Below are positions 1-9,001 of a stretch of DNA of 64,000 bases, piece by piece. Under the pieces are notes generated by a model. The model made no database searches. It was given only the letters and a program-made list of their open reading frames with translations, and had not been told where the DNA came from. The stretch comes from Candidatus Thermofontivivens primus. GTDB lineage: Bacteria > Sysuimicrobiota > Sysuimicrobiia > Sysuimicrobiales > Thermofontiviventaceae. The stretch is from NCBI GenBank assembly GCA_031458695.1, contig JAVKJW010000007.1:28219-92218 (forward strand), in the 5' to 3' direction. How positions within the stretch are numbered: the first letter of the stretch is position 1; each line of letters begins with the position of its first letter. A program made the position numbers and the translations under genes.

Positions 1-584
1 CCTCCCCCAGCGCCTCCACAGTGGCGTGATGGGACTCTATCAGCAGGTTCAGGTCTGGATAGAGGGATTGGAACTTGGCGCTGAGCGACCGGAGCTGGTC
101 CACGAGGTTCGACCACATCCCAAACAGGCGACGGGATCCCGACAGCCGCACCAAATACGCGTGGAACTCCAGATCGCGCTCCATGGCCGCTTCCACATTG
201 CCCACCCTCGCCGCGTCGCCCATGGCAGCTGTGAGCTCCTCCAGGTACACGAGATCTTTCGGCTGGATATGTGCCTGCGCCATGGAAAGGGCATGACCTT
301 CAAGCATTCGGCGTAAGCCAAAGATCTCCCGGATATCCTCGGGGGTAAGGCGGACCACAAACGTCCCCCGGTGCGCCCTGCTCACCACAAGCCCTCGTTG
401 CTCCAGCCTTGCCAAGGCCTCGCGCACCGGGGCCCTACTCACCCCAAGCTCGTGGGAGATCTTTGCCTCTACAAGACGCTCACCAGGTGCAAGCCGCCCG
501 CTGAGGATGGCGTCGCGGATTGCCCGTTCCACAGCGTCTGCGAGAGCTTCCCGGCCTATGGCAGCAAAGATATTCCCCCGCATT
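1..584 (-). CDS. GntR-family transcriptional regulator (FadR-like FCD domain), partial; 3' end runs off the window
   Basis: Reverse translation gives an N-terminal winged HTH (ELGVSRAPVREALARLEQRGLV) followed by an FCD-type ligand domain. The ATG is at 582-584 (MRGNIFAAIGREALADAVERAIRDAILSGRL). The ORF is open to base 1, so the ORF track does not list it. Confidence 0.7.
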
Positions 585-638
585 GGATTGAATTGCCGAT
601 TGTCGACAATATTTAGCCCCTCCTATTCGCCAGAGGTC

Positions 639-1559
639 TCATTTTTCCTGCCGGGCTGCCCAAGGTTTGAGGATGGCGTAAATGGCCTCACACATGGGAA
701 CTAAGATCCCGTGCTTGCGGGCTAGGCGGACCACCGTTCCATGGAGGGCCTCCAGCTCCATGCGTCTCCCGTGGGTGAGGTCGTGGTGGAGGGAAGAATA
801 CGCACCGGGATCCAGGGACCGGAACGTCGCGATGCAGCGGTCGACGAGGTCCTCAGAGAGAGGGATGCCCTCAGCCCTCCCTACACGCATCACCTCCTGG
901 ACGACCCTCCTGAACATCTCTAGGGTCTCTGGGATCTCTCGGATCTCCCCTGTCGGCAGGCGGGTCGTGGCGGTCACCCCGGCCTGGGCGCAGATGAAAG
1001 CGAACTTCTCCCACAGGACGACCTGGATGTCCTCCCGGATTTCCGCGGGGATCCCGGCCTCGCGGCAAAGCGCAAGGAACCTCTCCGCCCGCTCGCTGCG
1101 GGTCCCATCCATCTCCCCGAAGGCGATGCGTCCAGGTCCTGCGTTGTGCACGATCACGCCAGGCTCGGCGATGGTTGCGAAAATATAGGCTGCACCCCCC
1201 ATAACGTGACGCCAGCCAATGGCCTGGGCGATCTTCTCCTCGTTATCGATGCCATTTTGCAGGGAGAGCACAGCTGTGTTCTGATGGAGCAAGGGGTGGA
1301 GGTGGGCAGCGGCACTCTCGGTATCGTAGGACTTCACGCAGAAGAGCACGTAGTCGCAAGGCCCGATCGCGCGAGGATCATCCGTTGCCGGAAGACGGAT
1401 CTCGAAATCGCCTGCGATGCTGCGCACGCGGAGACCACCTTCCTGAAGGGCGGAAAGGTGGGCACCGCGTGCAATCAAGTGGACATCTGCTCCTGCCAAG
1501 GCAAGGCGCCCTCCAAAGTAGCCTCCTATACCCCCTGCCCCATACACGGCAATTTTCAT
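639..1559 (-). CDS. panE: 2-dehydropantoate 2-reductase (ketopantoate reductase, ApbA/PanE family)
   Basis: 306 aa. N-terminal Rossmann motif MKIAVYGAGGIGGYFGG and the C-terminal ApbA_C-like region are typical of PanE/ApbA. Confidence 0.8.
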   Translation of the reverse strand: MKIAVYGAGGIGGYFGGRLALAGADVHLIARGAHLSALQEGGLRVRSIAGDFEIRLPATDDPRAIGPCDYVLFCVKSYDTESAAAHLHPLLHQNTAVLSLQNGIDNEEKIAQAIGWRHVMGGAAYIFATIAEPGVIVHNAGPGRIAFGEMDGTRSERAERFLALCREAGIPAEIREDIQVVLWEKFAFICAQAGVTATTRLPTGEIREIPETLEMFRRVVQEVMRVGRAEGIPLSEDLVDRCIATFRSLDPGAYSSLHHDLTHGRRMELEALHGTVVRLARKHGILVPMCEAIYAILKPWAARQEK

Positions 1560-1616
1560 GGCCTACCTCCTGACCCAACAGGTTTGTGACCTCCCTAGCT
1601 TCTTCTCGCGATTCGC

Positions 1617-3875
1617 TTGATCCTTCTCATGGGGCCTGCTAAGGTGGGGATAGCGATGGGTGAGCGAAACCCGGCGGGAGAGCCCAAGGTGAGACCTAGC
1701 CCTGCAACCCTCCAGGGGACAGTGGAGCGGATCACCTACGTGAACGAAGAGACTGGCTACGTCGTGGCCCGCCTGGAGGTCCCAGGGCGGAAGGAGTTGG
1801 TGACGGTCGTGGGAAACCTGGCCTCCGTGAGCCCTGGGGAGACCCTCCGGCTCTACGGGCGATGGATCATCCACCCCCGGTACGGCGAGCAGTTCCAGGC
1901 CGAGCGCTATGAGTCGGTCGTCCCCGCCACCCTGACGGGGATCGAGAAGTATCTGGGCTCCGGCTTGATCAAAGGCATCGGCCCAATCTTCGCGAGGCGA
2001 CTTGTGGAGGCTTTCGGCCTCGACACATTCCGGGTCATCGAGGAAGAGCCGCACCAGCTCCTCAAGGTCGAAGGGATCGGCCCCATCCGCAAGGCCCGGA
2101 TCGTCCAAAGCTGGGCCGAGCAACGGGAGATCCGCGAGGTCATGGTCTTCCTCCAGAGCCACGGTGTTTCCACCGCCTACGCCGTGAAGATTTTCAAAGC
2201 CTATGGTTCTCGGGCCATCTCTATCGTCAAAGAGAACCCTTACCGCCTAGCCCAGGACATCCATGGGATCGGGTTTGTCACCGCCGATCGCATCGCCCAG
2301 GCCCTCGGCATCCCCAAGGACTCTCCCCTCCGCGTACAAGCGGGGATCCTCTATGTCCTCCACGAGCTGGCCGACGAAGGGCACGTCTACGCCCCTTATG
2401 GGGAGTTGATGAAACGGTGTCGTGTAGCGTTGGAGGTTGACGAGTCCCTCCTCGCCCAGGCTGTGGAGACCCTCCAACGGGAGGGTCGCATCATCGTGGA
2501 GGAACGGGAGGACGGGACAAAGGCCATCTATCTCGAACCGCTTCACGTCGCCGAGGTGAACGTCGCCCGCCGCCTCCTTGCCCTTGCCCAAACCCCCTTC
2601 CCCAAGATCTCCATCGATGTCGAGAGGGCCATCGCCTGGGCTGAGCAGCAACAAGGTTTCTCCTTTGCCGAGGCCCAGAAGGAGGCGATCCGAAAGGCCC
2701 TGACGACAAAGGTCCTGGTGATTACTGGAGGGCCTGGAACCGGCAAGACCACGATTCTCCGGGCGATCGTCGCCATCCTGGAAAAGAAGAAGCTCAACAT
2801 CGCCCTCGCTGCACCCACGGGGCGGGCAGCCAAGCGCATGAGCGAAGCTACTGGGAGGGAGGCCAAGACCCTCCACCGCCTCCTCGAATGGAGCCCGCAG
2901 GAGGGGCGGTTCCTCCGAAACCAAGAGCGTCCCCTCGAGGTAGATCTCGTTGCCGTGGATGAGTGTTCGATGATCGATATCCTCCTCATGAACAGCCTCC
3001 TTCGAGCCCTCCCGTTCCAGGCGATCTTGATTCTCGTTGGGGATGCCGATCAGCTCCCCTCCGTCGGCCCCGGAACCGTTTTCCGCGACATCATCGCCTC
3101 GGGCGCAATCCCTGTTGTGGCCCTCAGGGAGATTTTCCGGCAAGCCCGGGAGAGCCTCATCGTCGTCAATGCCCACAGGGTCAACAACGGCCTCATGCCC
3201 ATTCTTCCCGCGGAGGGCAAGAGTCCTTCGCGGGACTTCCTGTTCATTCCCAAGGAGACGCCCGAAGAGATTTTCCAGGAGATCCTCACCCTTGTCGGGC
3301 AAAGGCTTCCCAGGGAGTTTGGCCTGGATCCCCTGGAGGAGGTCCAGGTCCTTTCCCCCATGCACAAGGGGATCATTGGTGCTGCCCAGCTGAACCAGGC
3401 CCTGCAGAACCTCCTCAATCCCCATGGGCGGGATGTCCGCAAGGGAGCCTCACCTTTCCGCGTCGGCGATAAGGTGATGCAGATCCGCAACAACTACGAA
3501 AAGGAGGTGTTCAACGGGGACATCGGCCGGATCGTCGGGGTGGACTTGGAGGACCAGGAAGTGGTTGTCCGTTTTGAAGATCGCACCGTCTCTTACGACT
3601 TCACCGAGCTGGACGAGCTGGTCTTAGCCTATGCCATCAGCGTCCACAAGAGCCAGGGAAGCGAGTACCCCGCTGTCATCCTGCCCCTCCATCCTTCTCA
3701 CTACGTGATGCTCCAGCGGAACCTGCTTTACACCGCGATCACGCGGGGGAAGCGGCTGGTCGTCCTGGTGGGGACGAAGAAGGCGCTGGTCCTCGCCGTG
3801 AAGACCGTCAGGACCCAAAAGAGGTGGTCGCACCTGGAAGCCCGGCTCCGGAGCACATCCCTGTCCTTCCCATGA
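1617..3875 (+). CDS. recD2: RecD2-type ATP-dependent 5'-3' DNA helicase (RecD/TraA family)
   Basis: 752 aa. Walker A (VITGGPGTGKTT), DEAD-like VAVDECSMID, C-terminal SVHKSQGSEYPAVIL motif and an N-terminal HhH/OB region are typical of RecD2. The start may be the internal M at about 1656. Confidence 0.85.
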   Translation: MILLMGPAKVGIAMGERNPAGEPKVRPSPATLQGTVERITYVNEETGYVVARLEVPGRKELVTVVGNLASVSPGETLRLYGRWIIHPRYGEQFQAERYESVVPATLTGIEKYLGSGLIKGIGPIFARRLVEAFGLDTFRVIEEEPHQLLKVEGIGPIRKARIVQSWAEQREIREVMVFLQSHGVSTAYAVKIFKAYGSRAISIVKENPYRLAQDIHGIGFVTADRIAQALGIPKDSPLRVQAGILYVLHELADEGHVYAPYGELMKRCRVALEVDESLLAQAVETLQREGRIIVEEREDGTKAIYLEPLHVAEVNVARRLLALAQTPFPKISIDVERAIAWAEQQQGFSFAEAQKEAIRKALTTKVLVITGGPGTGKTTILRAIVAILEKKKLNIALAAPTGRAAKRMSEATGREAKTLHRLLEWSPQEGRFLRNQERPLEVDLVAVDECSMIDILLMNSLLRALPFQAILILVGDADQLPSVGPGTVFRDIIASGAIPVVALREIFRQARESLIVVNAHRVNNGLMPILPAEGKSPSRDFLFIPKETPEEIFQEILTLVGQRLPREFGLDPLEEVQVLSPMHKGIIGAAQLNQALQNLLNPHGRDVRKGASPFRVGDKVMQIRNNYEKEVFNGDIGRIVGVDLEDQEVVVRFEDRTVSYDFTELDELVLAYAISVHKSQGSEYPAVILPLHPSHYVMLQRNLLYTAITRGKRLVVLVGTKKALVLAVKTVRTQKRWSHLEARLRSTSLSFP

Positions 3876-3961
3876 ACACAGCGGTTTGGGAACACCTCGG
3901 AGATCACTAGCCAAACGTCCTTCGGATTGAGCCCGCGCCGAGGTGGAGTGGATGAAGATAT

Positions 3962-5047
3962 ATGGCGCGCAGTAAGTCGTCTTTAACCCAGGTCCTGCTC
4001 TCCTGGTATTCCCAGAATGGCCGCCAGCTTCCGTGGCGGAAAACAAAGGACCCATATGCCATCTGGATCTCTGAGATCATGCTCCAACAGACCCGGGCGG
4101 AGGTCGTGATCCCCTATTACGAGCGGTTCCTGCAGGCCTTCCCCACTGTCCAGGCGCTCGCCCAAGCGCCCCTGGATACCGTCCTGCGCTTGTGGGAGGG
4201 GCTGGGGTACTATTCCCGCGCGCGGAACCTCCACCGCGCGGCGAAACAGATCGTCCGCCACGGCGGGACGTTCCCCCGCGATGCGAAGGAGTGGAAGGAG
4301 CTGCCGGGCATCGGCCCCTACACAGCGGCTGCGTTGGCAGCTATCGTCAACGGCCAGGACGCCATTGCCCTCGACGCAAATCTGCTCCGGGTGGGAGCAA
4401 GGCTCTTTGGGGAACGAGGGATCGTGACCTCCCCAGTTGTGCGCAAGAGGATCGAGAGGCGATTCCTGGAACTCCTGCCGCCTGGCAAAGCCGGGACGTT
4501 CAACCAGGCCCTCATGGATTTGGGGGCAACGGTGTGCCTTCCTAGGAATCCCCGGTGCGAGGCCTGTCCACTCCGGAGGTTTTGTGTGGCGCAGGCAACA
4601 GGCCAGCAGGAGAAAATCCCCGTGCGCGCTCGACGCAGGGTCCGCCCGCACAAGCAGTTCATTGCTGCTGTGCTCCAGGATGAGCGCGGGCGGCTCCTCC
4701 TCGTTCGGCAAGCCGACCGCGGGATCTGGGGTGGCCTATGGACGCTTCCCTATGTGGAGGCAAGGTCGTGGAGGGAGGCCCGCCCCAAGCTTGAGGCAAT
4801 CACGGGAACCCGAATGAAGAGAACTGCCGGGAGGTCCCCCTATAGCATAACCCACACGTTTACCCACTTTACGGCAACCTACACGGCGATCCCAGCTATC
4901 CCTACGACCCGCGTCCGACACGGCCGCTGGGTCCGCCCTGAACAGCCCAACCTCGCTGTCCCGGTCCCTCACCGCAAGCTCCTGCAGGCCTTTTCCCGGG
5001 GAGGATTCGGAGCCATTCCTCATGCTCGAACGCCTTCAAATCCTTGA
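3962..5047 (+). CDS. mutY: A/G-specific adenine DNA glycosylase MutY (HhH-GPD plus 4Fe-4S Cys4, with C-terminal NUDIX-like domain)
   Basis: WYSQNGRQLPWR and ISEIMLQQTRAEVV motifs, the HhH-GPD loop (LPGIGPYTAAA) and the 4Fe-4S cluster loop C-x6-C-x2-C-x5-C (CLPRNPRCEACPLRRFC). Confidence 0.85.
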   Translation: MARSKSSLTQVLLSWYSQNGRQLPWRKTKDPYAIWISEIMLQQTRAEVVIPYYERFLQAFPTVQALAQAPLDTVLRLWEGLGYYSRARNLHRAAKQIVRHGGTFPRDAKEWKELPGIGPYTAAALAAIVNGQDAIALDANLLRVGARLFGERGIVTSPVVRKRIERRFLELLPPGKAGTFNQALMDLGATVCLPRNPRCEACPLRRFCVAQATGQQEKIPVRARRRVRPHKQFIAAVLQDERGRLLLVRQADRGIWGGLWTLPYVEARSWREARPKLEAITGTRMKRTAGRSPYSITHTFTHFTATYTAIPAIPTTRVRHGRWVRPEQPNLAVPVPHRKLLQAFSRGGFGAIPHARTPSNP

Positions 5048-5295
5048 AGAGACCATCAGCTTCTTCACGGAGTTCGAGTCCAGGTTTTCATTAGAGCAGG
5101 AACCTTTTGCGCCATGAGTACGCCCGCGTGGACTTGATAAAACTCTATGGGCTTCTGGACCACCTCGAGGATTTCCGGCATTTTGTGATGGCCGTGAAGG
5201 ACTTGCTATGATCCCCCCGGGCACCCACGAGGAACTTTGTCTCCTTGCATCGAATTCTAGAAAAACATTAAAAAAGTATCAAAGAGGGATCGGGT

Positions 5296-5973
5296 ATGGC
5301 TGAAGCAAAAGTGCATGGGTTCTTGTTCTTGCGCGTTCCCGCGGGATTGCGGAATCCCCAAGGGGCAAAGAGGACCAAAGAAGCCGTGGAAGCCGCAGAG
5401 CGAACGGAAGGCGTCTTGGCCATTTACCCGTATAGCCTCGTCGGCCTCCGCGCCGATGCTGATCTTGGCTTTTGGATCGCGGCCACAGATCTGGAAAAGT
5501 ACCAATCCGCTGCCAGGGAAATCCTGCATACAGGCCTGGAGGTGACCTGCACCCTGTGGGGATTCGTGCGGCCGTCGCAGTACACCGGTCGCTCTGGCAC
5601 AAGCGTCCAGGTCCCTGGAAAGCGCCTGCGCTACCTCATCGTCTACCCCTTCTCCAAGACCCACGCGTGGTACCAGCTCCCTGAAGAAGAACGGCGGAAT
5701 ATGATGAGGGAGCATGCCCGCGTAGGCCATGGCTTTAAGGGGATCGAGCAGCTCCTCCTGTACTCCACCGGGCTCGCCGACTGGGAGTTCGTGGTGGGCT
5801 ACGAGACCGACGACCCCGAGCGCTTCTCCGAACTCGTCATGGCCCTCCGGAGCACAGCGGCGCGGCCTTACACCCTCCGGGATACGCCCATCTTCACAGC
5901 ACGCTCGGGATCCCTAGAGGAGATCCTCGAAGAGGTCTTCGGCACAGGGATCAAAGCTGAAGTCGGGACCTAA
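5296..5973 (+). CDS. hemQ: Coproheme decarboxylase / chlorite-dismutase-family protein (HemQ/ChdC)
   Basis: 225 aa with chlorite-dismutase-like fold signatures (YSLVGLRADADLGFW, WYQLPEEERRNMMREHARVG, LLYSTGLADWEFVVGYETDD). The upstream AT-richer region carries TTGCAT and a TTAAAA -10-like element, with RBS AGAGGGA. Confidence 0.7.
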   Translation: MAEAKVHGFLFLRVPAGLRNPQGAKRTKEAVEAAERTEGVLAIYPYSLVGLRADADLGFWIAATDLEKYQSAAREILHTGLEVTCTLWGFVRPSQYTGRSGTSVQVPGKRLRYLIVYPFSKTHAWYQLPEEERRNMMREHARVGHGFKGIEQLLLYSTGLADWEFVVGYETDDPERFSELVMALRSTAARPYTLRDTPIFTARSGSLEEILEEVFGTGIKAEVGT

Positions 5974-5980
5974 ACCAAGG

Positions 5981-7039
5981 CTACCCCCTCCTTCGCGCAC
6001 GGAGAGTATTCCCCAGGAAGACCAAGAGGGCGAGCACGTTGAGCAATCCACCCCAACGCCTCCCGGGGATCCAAAGGAGGAGGTCCGAGGCGACCCGGAG
6101 GGCCAGCGAGAGGTGCAGGAGGATGAGGTGCGCGTAGAAGCTAGGCTGGAAGGAAAGGGGAAGGCCGAGGATGGCCGGGAAGATGATGGGGGCGTGCCCG
6201 AAGATCATGGCGAAGACGAAACCTAAGAAGAAGGTATGGAGAATGGCGTCGTAGCGCGGCCCTGCAGGCTCCCCAAAGAAGAAGAGGGTCGCAAGCCCGC
6301 TCAAGCCTAGCCAGGCATAGCCGGAGAGGAGGCAGATCGCCGTGAACCTCGGCAGACCCGGCTCCCGGACCGTACGGCGGGCGATGTCCTGCAGGAGGAA
6401 CCAGAGAGCAAGCGCCACCATAGCTACACCAGATATCCTGAGCCCTCCCATAAACCAGAAGGGGCTCACGACGATGCCGACCGAAAACAACCCTAAGGCG
6501 ATCACGAACGCGCTCCGGCTTCCCGCAGAGAGCCGGACGAGGCGCGAGAGCTCAAGCCTCTCCCCTGCAATGGTGAGGGTGAGGAAGGCGATCCACCACG
6601 GAACTGCCCGGAACAGGGGAGTGCCCGCCGCCCAGAGGAGGTTCCCGACAAACCAGGCCACCGCGCCACCGGCCATGGCGATGGTGAACACCGTTGTCTG
6701 GCGTCGCACGATGGCAAGGAAGACCGCCACAAACCCGAGGCTCCCGAGCACCATCAGCCACTGGCTGGGTAAACCCAGAATGAGGGCGACGGCGCCAAGC
6801 CCCGTGAGGAGCGGCGCGCTATAGGACCAGGCTTGCCCAAGCGCGACAGCCCTCTCTAGACCGATCAAGGTTCCCAGGAACCCGGAAACCATGAGAGGGC
6901 CGTGAGAAGCTGGAAATGCGCCCCTCAGGCGCGGGAGATCCCACCCGATCCTGAGGAGACCTGCCCACATCCCCAGAAGGAGCGCGAGGAACCCCAGCGC
7001 CAGGAGAGGGAAGCGAAGGCGTCGCAAACCCTGGTTCAT
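5981..7039 (-). CDS. Polytopic (about 12 TM) membrane protein, possibly NnrS-family (NO-response heme-copper membrane protein)
   Basis: Highly hydrophobic. His-containing motifs (SHGPLMVSGFLG, HTFFLGFVFAMIFGHAPIIFP) resemble the HAHEMLFGF-type NnrS signatures. It sits with hemerythrin/DUF2249/DUF1858/Crp genes. Start ATG 7037-7039 overlaps the DUF488 stop as ATGA. Confidence 0.35.
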   Translation of the reverse strand: MNQGLRRLRFPLLALGFLALLLGMWAGLLRIGWDLPRLRGAFPASHGPLMVSGFLGTLIGLERAVALGQAWSYSAPLLTGLGAVALILGLPSQWLMVLGSLGFVAVFLAIVRRQTTVFTIAMAGGAVAWFVGNLLWAAGTPLFRAVPWWIAFLTLTIAGERLELSRLVRLSAGSRSAFVIALGLFSVGIVVSPFWFMGGLRISGVAMVALALWFLLQDIARRTVREPGLPRFTAICLLSGYAWLGLSGLATLFFFGEPAGPRYDAILHTFFLGFVFAMIFGHAPIIFPAILGLPLSFQPSFYAHLILLHLSLALRVASDLLLWIPGRRWGGLLNVLALLVFLGNTLRARRRG

Positions 7040-7401
7040 CGCTTTGTCTTCATCCGCCGCTCGATGATCCTCTTGAGCACGCTGCGGTGGCAATATTCCT
7101 CGTCCTCGCAGGTACACAGGAGTGTGATGGTCTCGCTGCGGGCGCGGCGGGCGAGTTCTTCTACGCGAGCCTGTGCCTGTGGGTCAGCCTCAATCTGGGC
7201 TTCATACCGGCGTGCAAACTCCTCCCAGCGGAGCCGCTTCCCCTTCCATGCCTTAATCAGCTCAGGGGCTGTTCCGAGCTCCTTGTACCACGCGTGGAAA
7301 GCCTCCCGCTTGACCCCACGCGGGTACAGGCGCATGACGAGGATCCGTGTCCCGTCCTCGGGGGAAGGCGCGTCGTAGACGCGTTTGGTCTGCACCGGCA
7401 T
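7036..7401 (-). CDS. DUF488-family protein
   Basis: 121 aa. The N-terminal RVYDAPSPEDGTRILVMRLYPRGVKRE..HAWYKELGTAPEL pattern is characteristic of DUF488. Translationally coupled (ATGA) to the downstream membrane protein. Confidence 0.65.
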   Translation of the reverse strand: MPVQTKRVYDAPSPEDGTRILVMRLYPRGVKREAFHAWYKELGTAPELIKAWKGKRLRWEEFARRYEAQIEADPQAQARVEELARRARSETITLLCTCEDEEYCHRSVLKRIIERRMKTKR

Positions 7402-7417
7402 GGGATCCCCCTCCCCC

Positions 7418-7861
7418 CTACAGGACGCTGACGGACCTGCGCTCGGCCCACTGCGCTCCTAGCTGGGTCAGGGTTTCCTCTCCCAGGATCTGGCCCGCCA
7501 TGGGGAAGAGGACCTGTTCCTCCTTGGCGAAGTGCTGGCGCGCCACCTGGAGGGCGTGCACCAGGAGGCCGCGCGCCTCCACAAGGTCGTCCACGTTCGG
7601 GATCCTAGAAAGGGTCCCCTCGATCTCGTTGTGCTCCGCCCGCATCACGGCGAGCGGCCCCATGGGGCCCAGGTGAGGGTCTAAGGAGGGGAACAGGACA
7701 TCCTCCTCCAAGCGCGCATGCGTAGCGAGGGCCGCAGCGAGCAGCGCGGCCTGGGCATGGACCTCTCCCACCGTCTCTGTGTGGGGCAGGACCTGCTCCA
7801 GGTGAGTGAACTGAGCGTAGAACACGCCGTGCTCTCCAAGCAAGGCATCGGTGATCTTCAT
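7418..7861 (-). CDS. Hemerythrin HHE cation-binding domain protein
   Basis: HHE-type motifs (LLGEHG, ATHARLEEDVLFP, RAEHNEIEG, HFAKEEQVLFP). The likely start is MKITDALL, from the second in-frame M. Confidence 0.7.
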   Translation of the reverse strand: MKITDALLGEHGVFYAQFTHLEQVLPHTETVGEVHAQAALLAAALATHARLEEDVLFPSLDPHLGPMGPLAVMRAEHNEIEGTLSRIPNVDDLVEARGLLVHALQVARQHFAKEEQVLFPMAGQILGEETLTQLGAQWAERRSVSVL

Positions 7862-7960
7862 CCCTCTCCCCCCTTTGTTATCCATCCCTTTCCCACCAAG
7901 CAGGATGTTTTATCCGCACGGTTCCTCGTTTCCAGGCGAGCGGGGAACCCCCTTTCTGTA

Positions 7961-8176
7961 TCAGAACCTCTCCTGGCCGATAGCCTCTATGAGCTCGTCG
8001 AGGAAGCCCTCCAGGGGGAGCCCATAGATCCCGGCCACCTCGGCCACCGTCTCAAAGGGTGCCGCTGCGCAGCCTACGCAAGCCATCCGGTGTGAGAGGA
8101 AGACAGGGATGGCCTGAGGCCACCGGCCAAGCACCTCGGAAACCGTCAATCCCTCAAGATGGCGATCTTTTGCCAC
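7961..8176 (-). CDS. DUF1858 domain protein
   Basis: 71 aa: LTVSEVLGRWPQAIPVFLSHRMACVGCAAAPFETVAEVAGIYGL matches the DUF1858 pattern (CxGC). It is often co-encoded with hemerythrin/NO-stress genes. Confidence 0.6.
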   Translation of the reverse strand: MAKDRHLEGLTVSEVLGRWPQAIPVFLSHRMACVGCAAAPFETVAEVAGIYGLPLEGFLDELIEAIGQERF

Positions 8177-8195
8177 GGCAGCCTCCGCCTGGCGT

Positions 8196-8915
8196 TTATC
8201 TCCCTACCTTCCCAATGCGCACCCGCCACACCTCCGGCCCTTGCTCCATGTACTCCCAGGTGAACTCTCCTTCCCGCTCATACTTGAACTGGTAATACAA
8301 TGGCTTTGGATCGTGGTCGTTGATCAGGATGAACGCCTCCCCCGGCCTGAGCCCATCGAACGCCTGGAAGATGAGTGGGTGCCTCTGGGGCGGCGGGGTC
8401 CCCCGCACATCGAGGGCTTTGACCTCCCCTCCGGAGTTTCCGTGGAAGGCGGCGTGCATCCCCTTGAGGACTTGCTCCTGGTTCGCCTCGGAGAGGTAGC
8501 GCTCGAACAGCGGGAGGTAGACACGCTCCTCCTTCTCCAGGTGAACCCTCAAGAGGGCTTCTAGCTGGAGGGCTTGGTCGCGGAGCTTCCTTTCGAGAGC
8601 GGGTCGTACGCCCTCTCCCGCTTCCTGCAGGGCTTTTACCGTCTCCTCGATGCTATGGATGTAGCCTGCGATGAACTCGTGGTCGATACTCATCGTGGCC
8701 GTCGCCTGGCCATAGGACTTGACCAAAGGCTCCACTGCAGGATACAAGGAACGCTCCTCCCCCACGGCATGGGGAAGCAGATCCCCCTTCAGAAAGGCAA
8801 CGAGCCCTTCTGCATCCTCAAGCTCTCCACCGCGTTCGAGCGCGGAGAGCCTCTCTGTGAGCTCTTTCAGGAGCGCACGGTGGTGCGCGCGAATCGCCTC
8901 ACCAACCTTCCCCAT
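8196..8915 (-). CDS. Hemerythrin-like domain fused to DUF2249
   Basis: N-terminal HHE-type helix bundle (HHRALLKEL..HAVGEERSLYP..HEFIAGY..HLEKEERVYLPLFE). C-terminal DUF2249 signature (LDVRGTPPPQRHPLIFQAFDGLRPGEAFILINDHDPKPLYYQF). Strong RBS GGAGGGAG upstream. Confidence 0.7.
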   Translation of the reverse strand: MGKVGEAIRAHHRALLKELTERLSALERGGELEDAEGLVAFLKGDLLPHAVGEERSLYPAVEPLVKSYGQATATMSIDHEFIAGYIHSIEETVKALQEAGEGVRPALERKLRDQALQLEALLRVHLEKEERVYLPLFERYLSEANQEQVLKGMHAAFHGNSGGEVKALDVRGTPPPQRHPLIFQAFDGLRPGEAFILINDHDPKPLYYQFKYEREGEFTWEYMEQGPEVWRVRIGKVGR

Positions 8916-8987
8916 CGCTCTCCCTCCTCGTGGTGATCTCCCTTGGGTCGGACAGCATCGAGTATACTCAAGCGAGGCGGCAGGTCT

Positions 8988-9001
8988 TTGCGCTAGCGCA
9001 A
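8988..9001 (-). promoter_or_regulatory. FNR/Crp-family palindromic box TTGCG-N4-CGCAA (TTGCGCTAGCGCAA) in class-II position
   Basis: A perfect 14-bp palindrome lies 21 nt upstream of a TATACT -10-like hexamer on the minus strand. Its centre is about -41.5 relative to the predicted TSS of the hemerythrin-DUF2249 gene (start 8915). It overlaps the stop codon of the upstream crp/fnr-family gene. Confidence 0.5.

Noticed and set aside
2247-3425. 392-aa minus-strand ORF
   Set aside because: Antisense to recD2, which has Walker A/B and helicase motifs. No recognisable domain.
5036-5224. 62-aa minus-strand ORF in the mutY-hemQ intergenic region
   Set aside because: Short, no RBS, and lies in the AT-richer promoter region of hemQ. 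Most likely non-coding.
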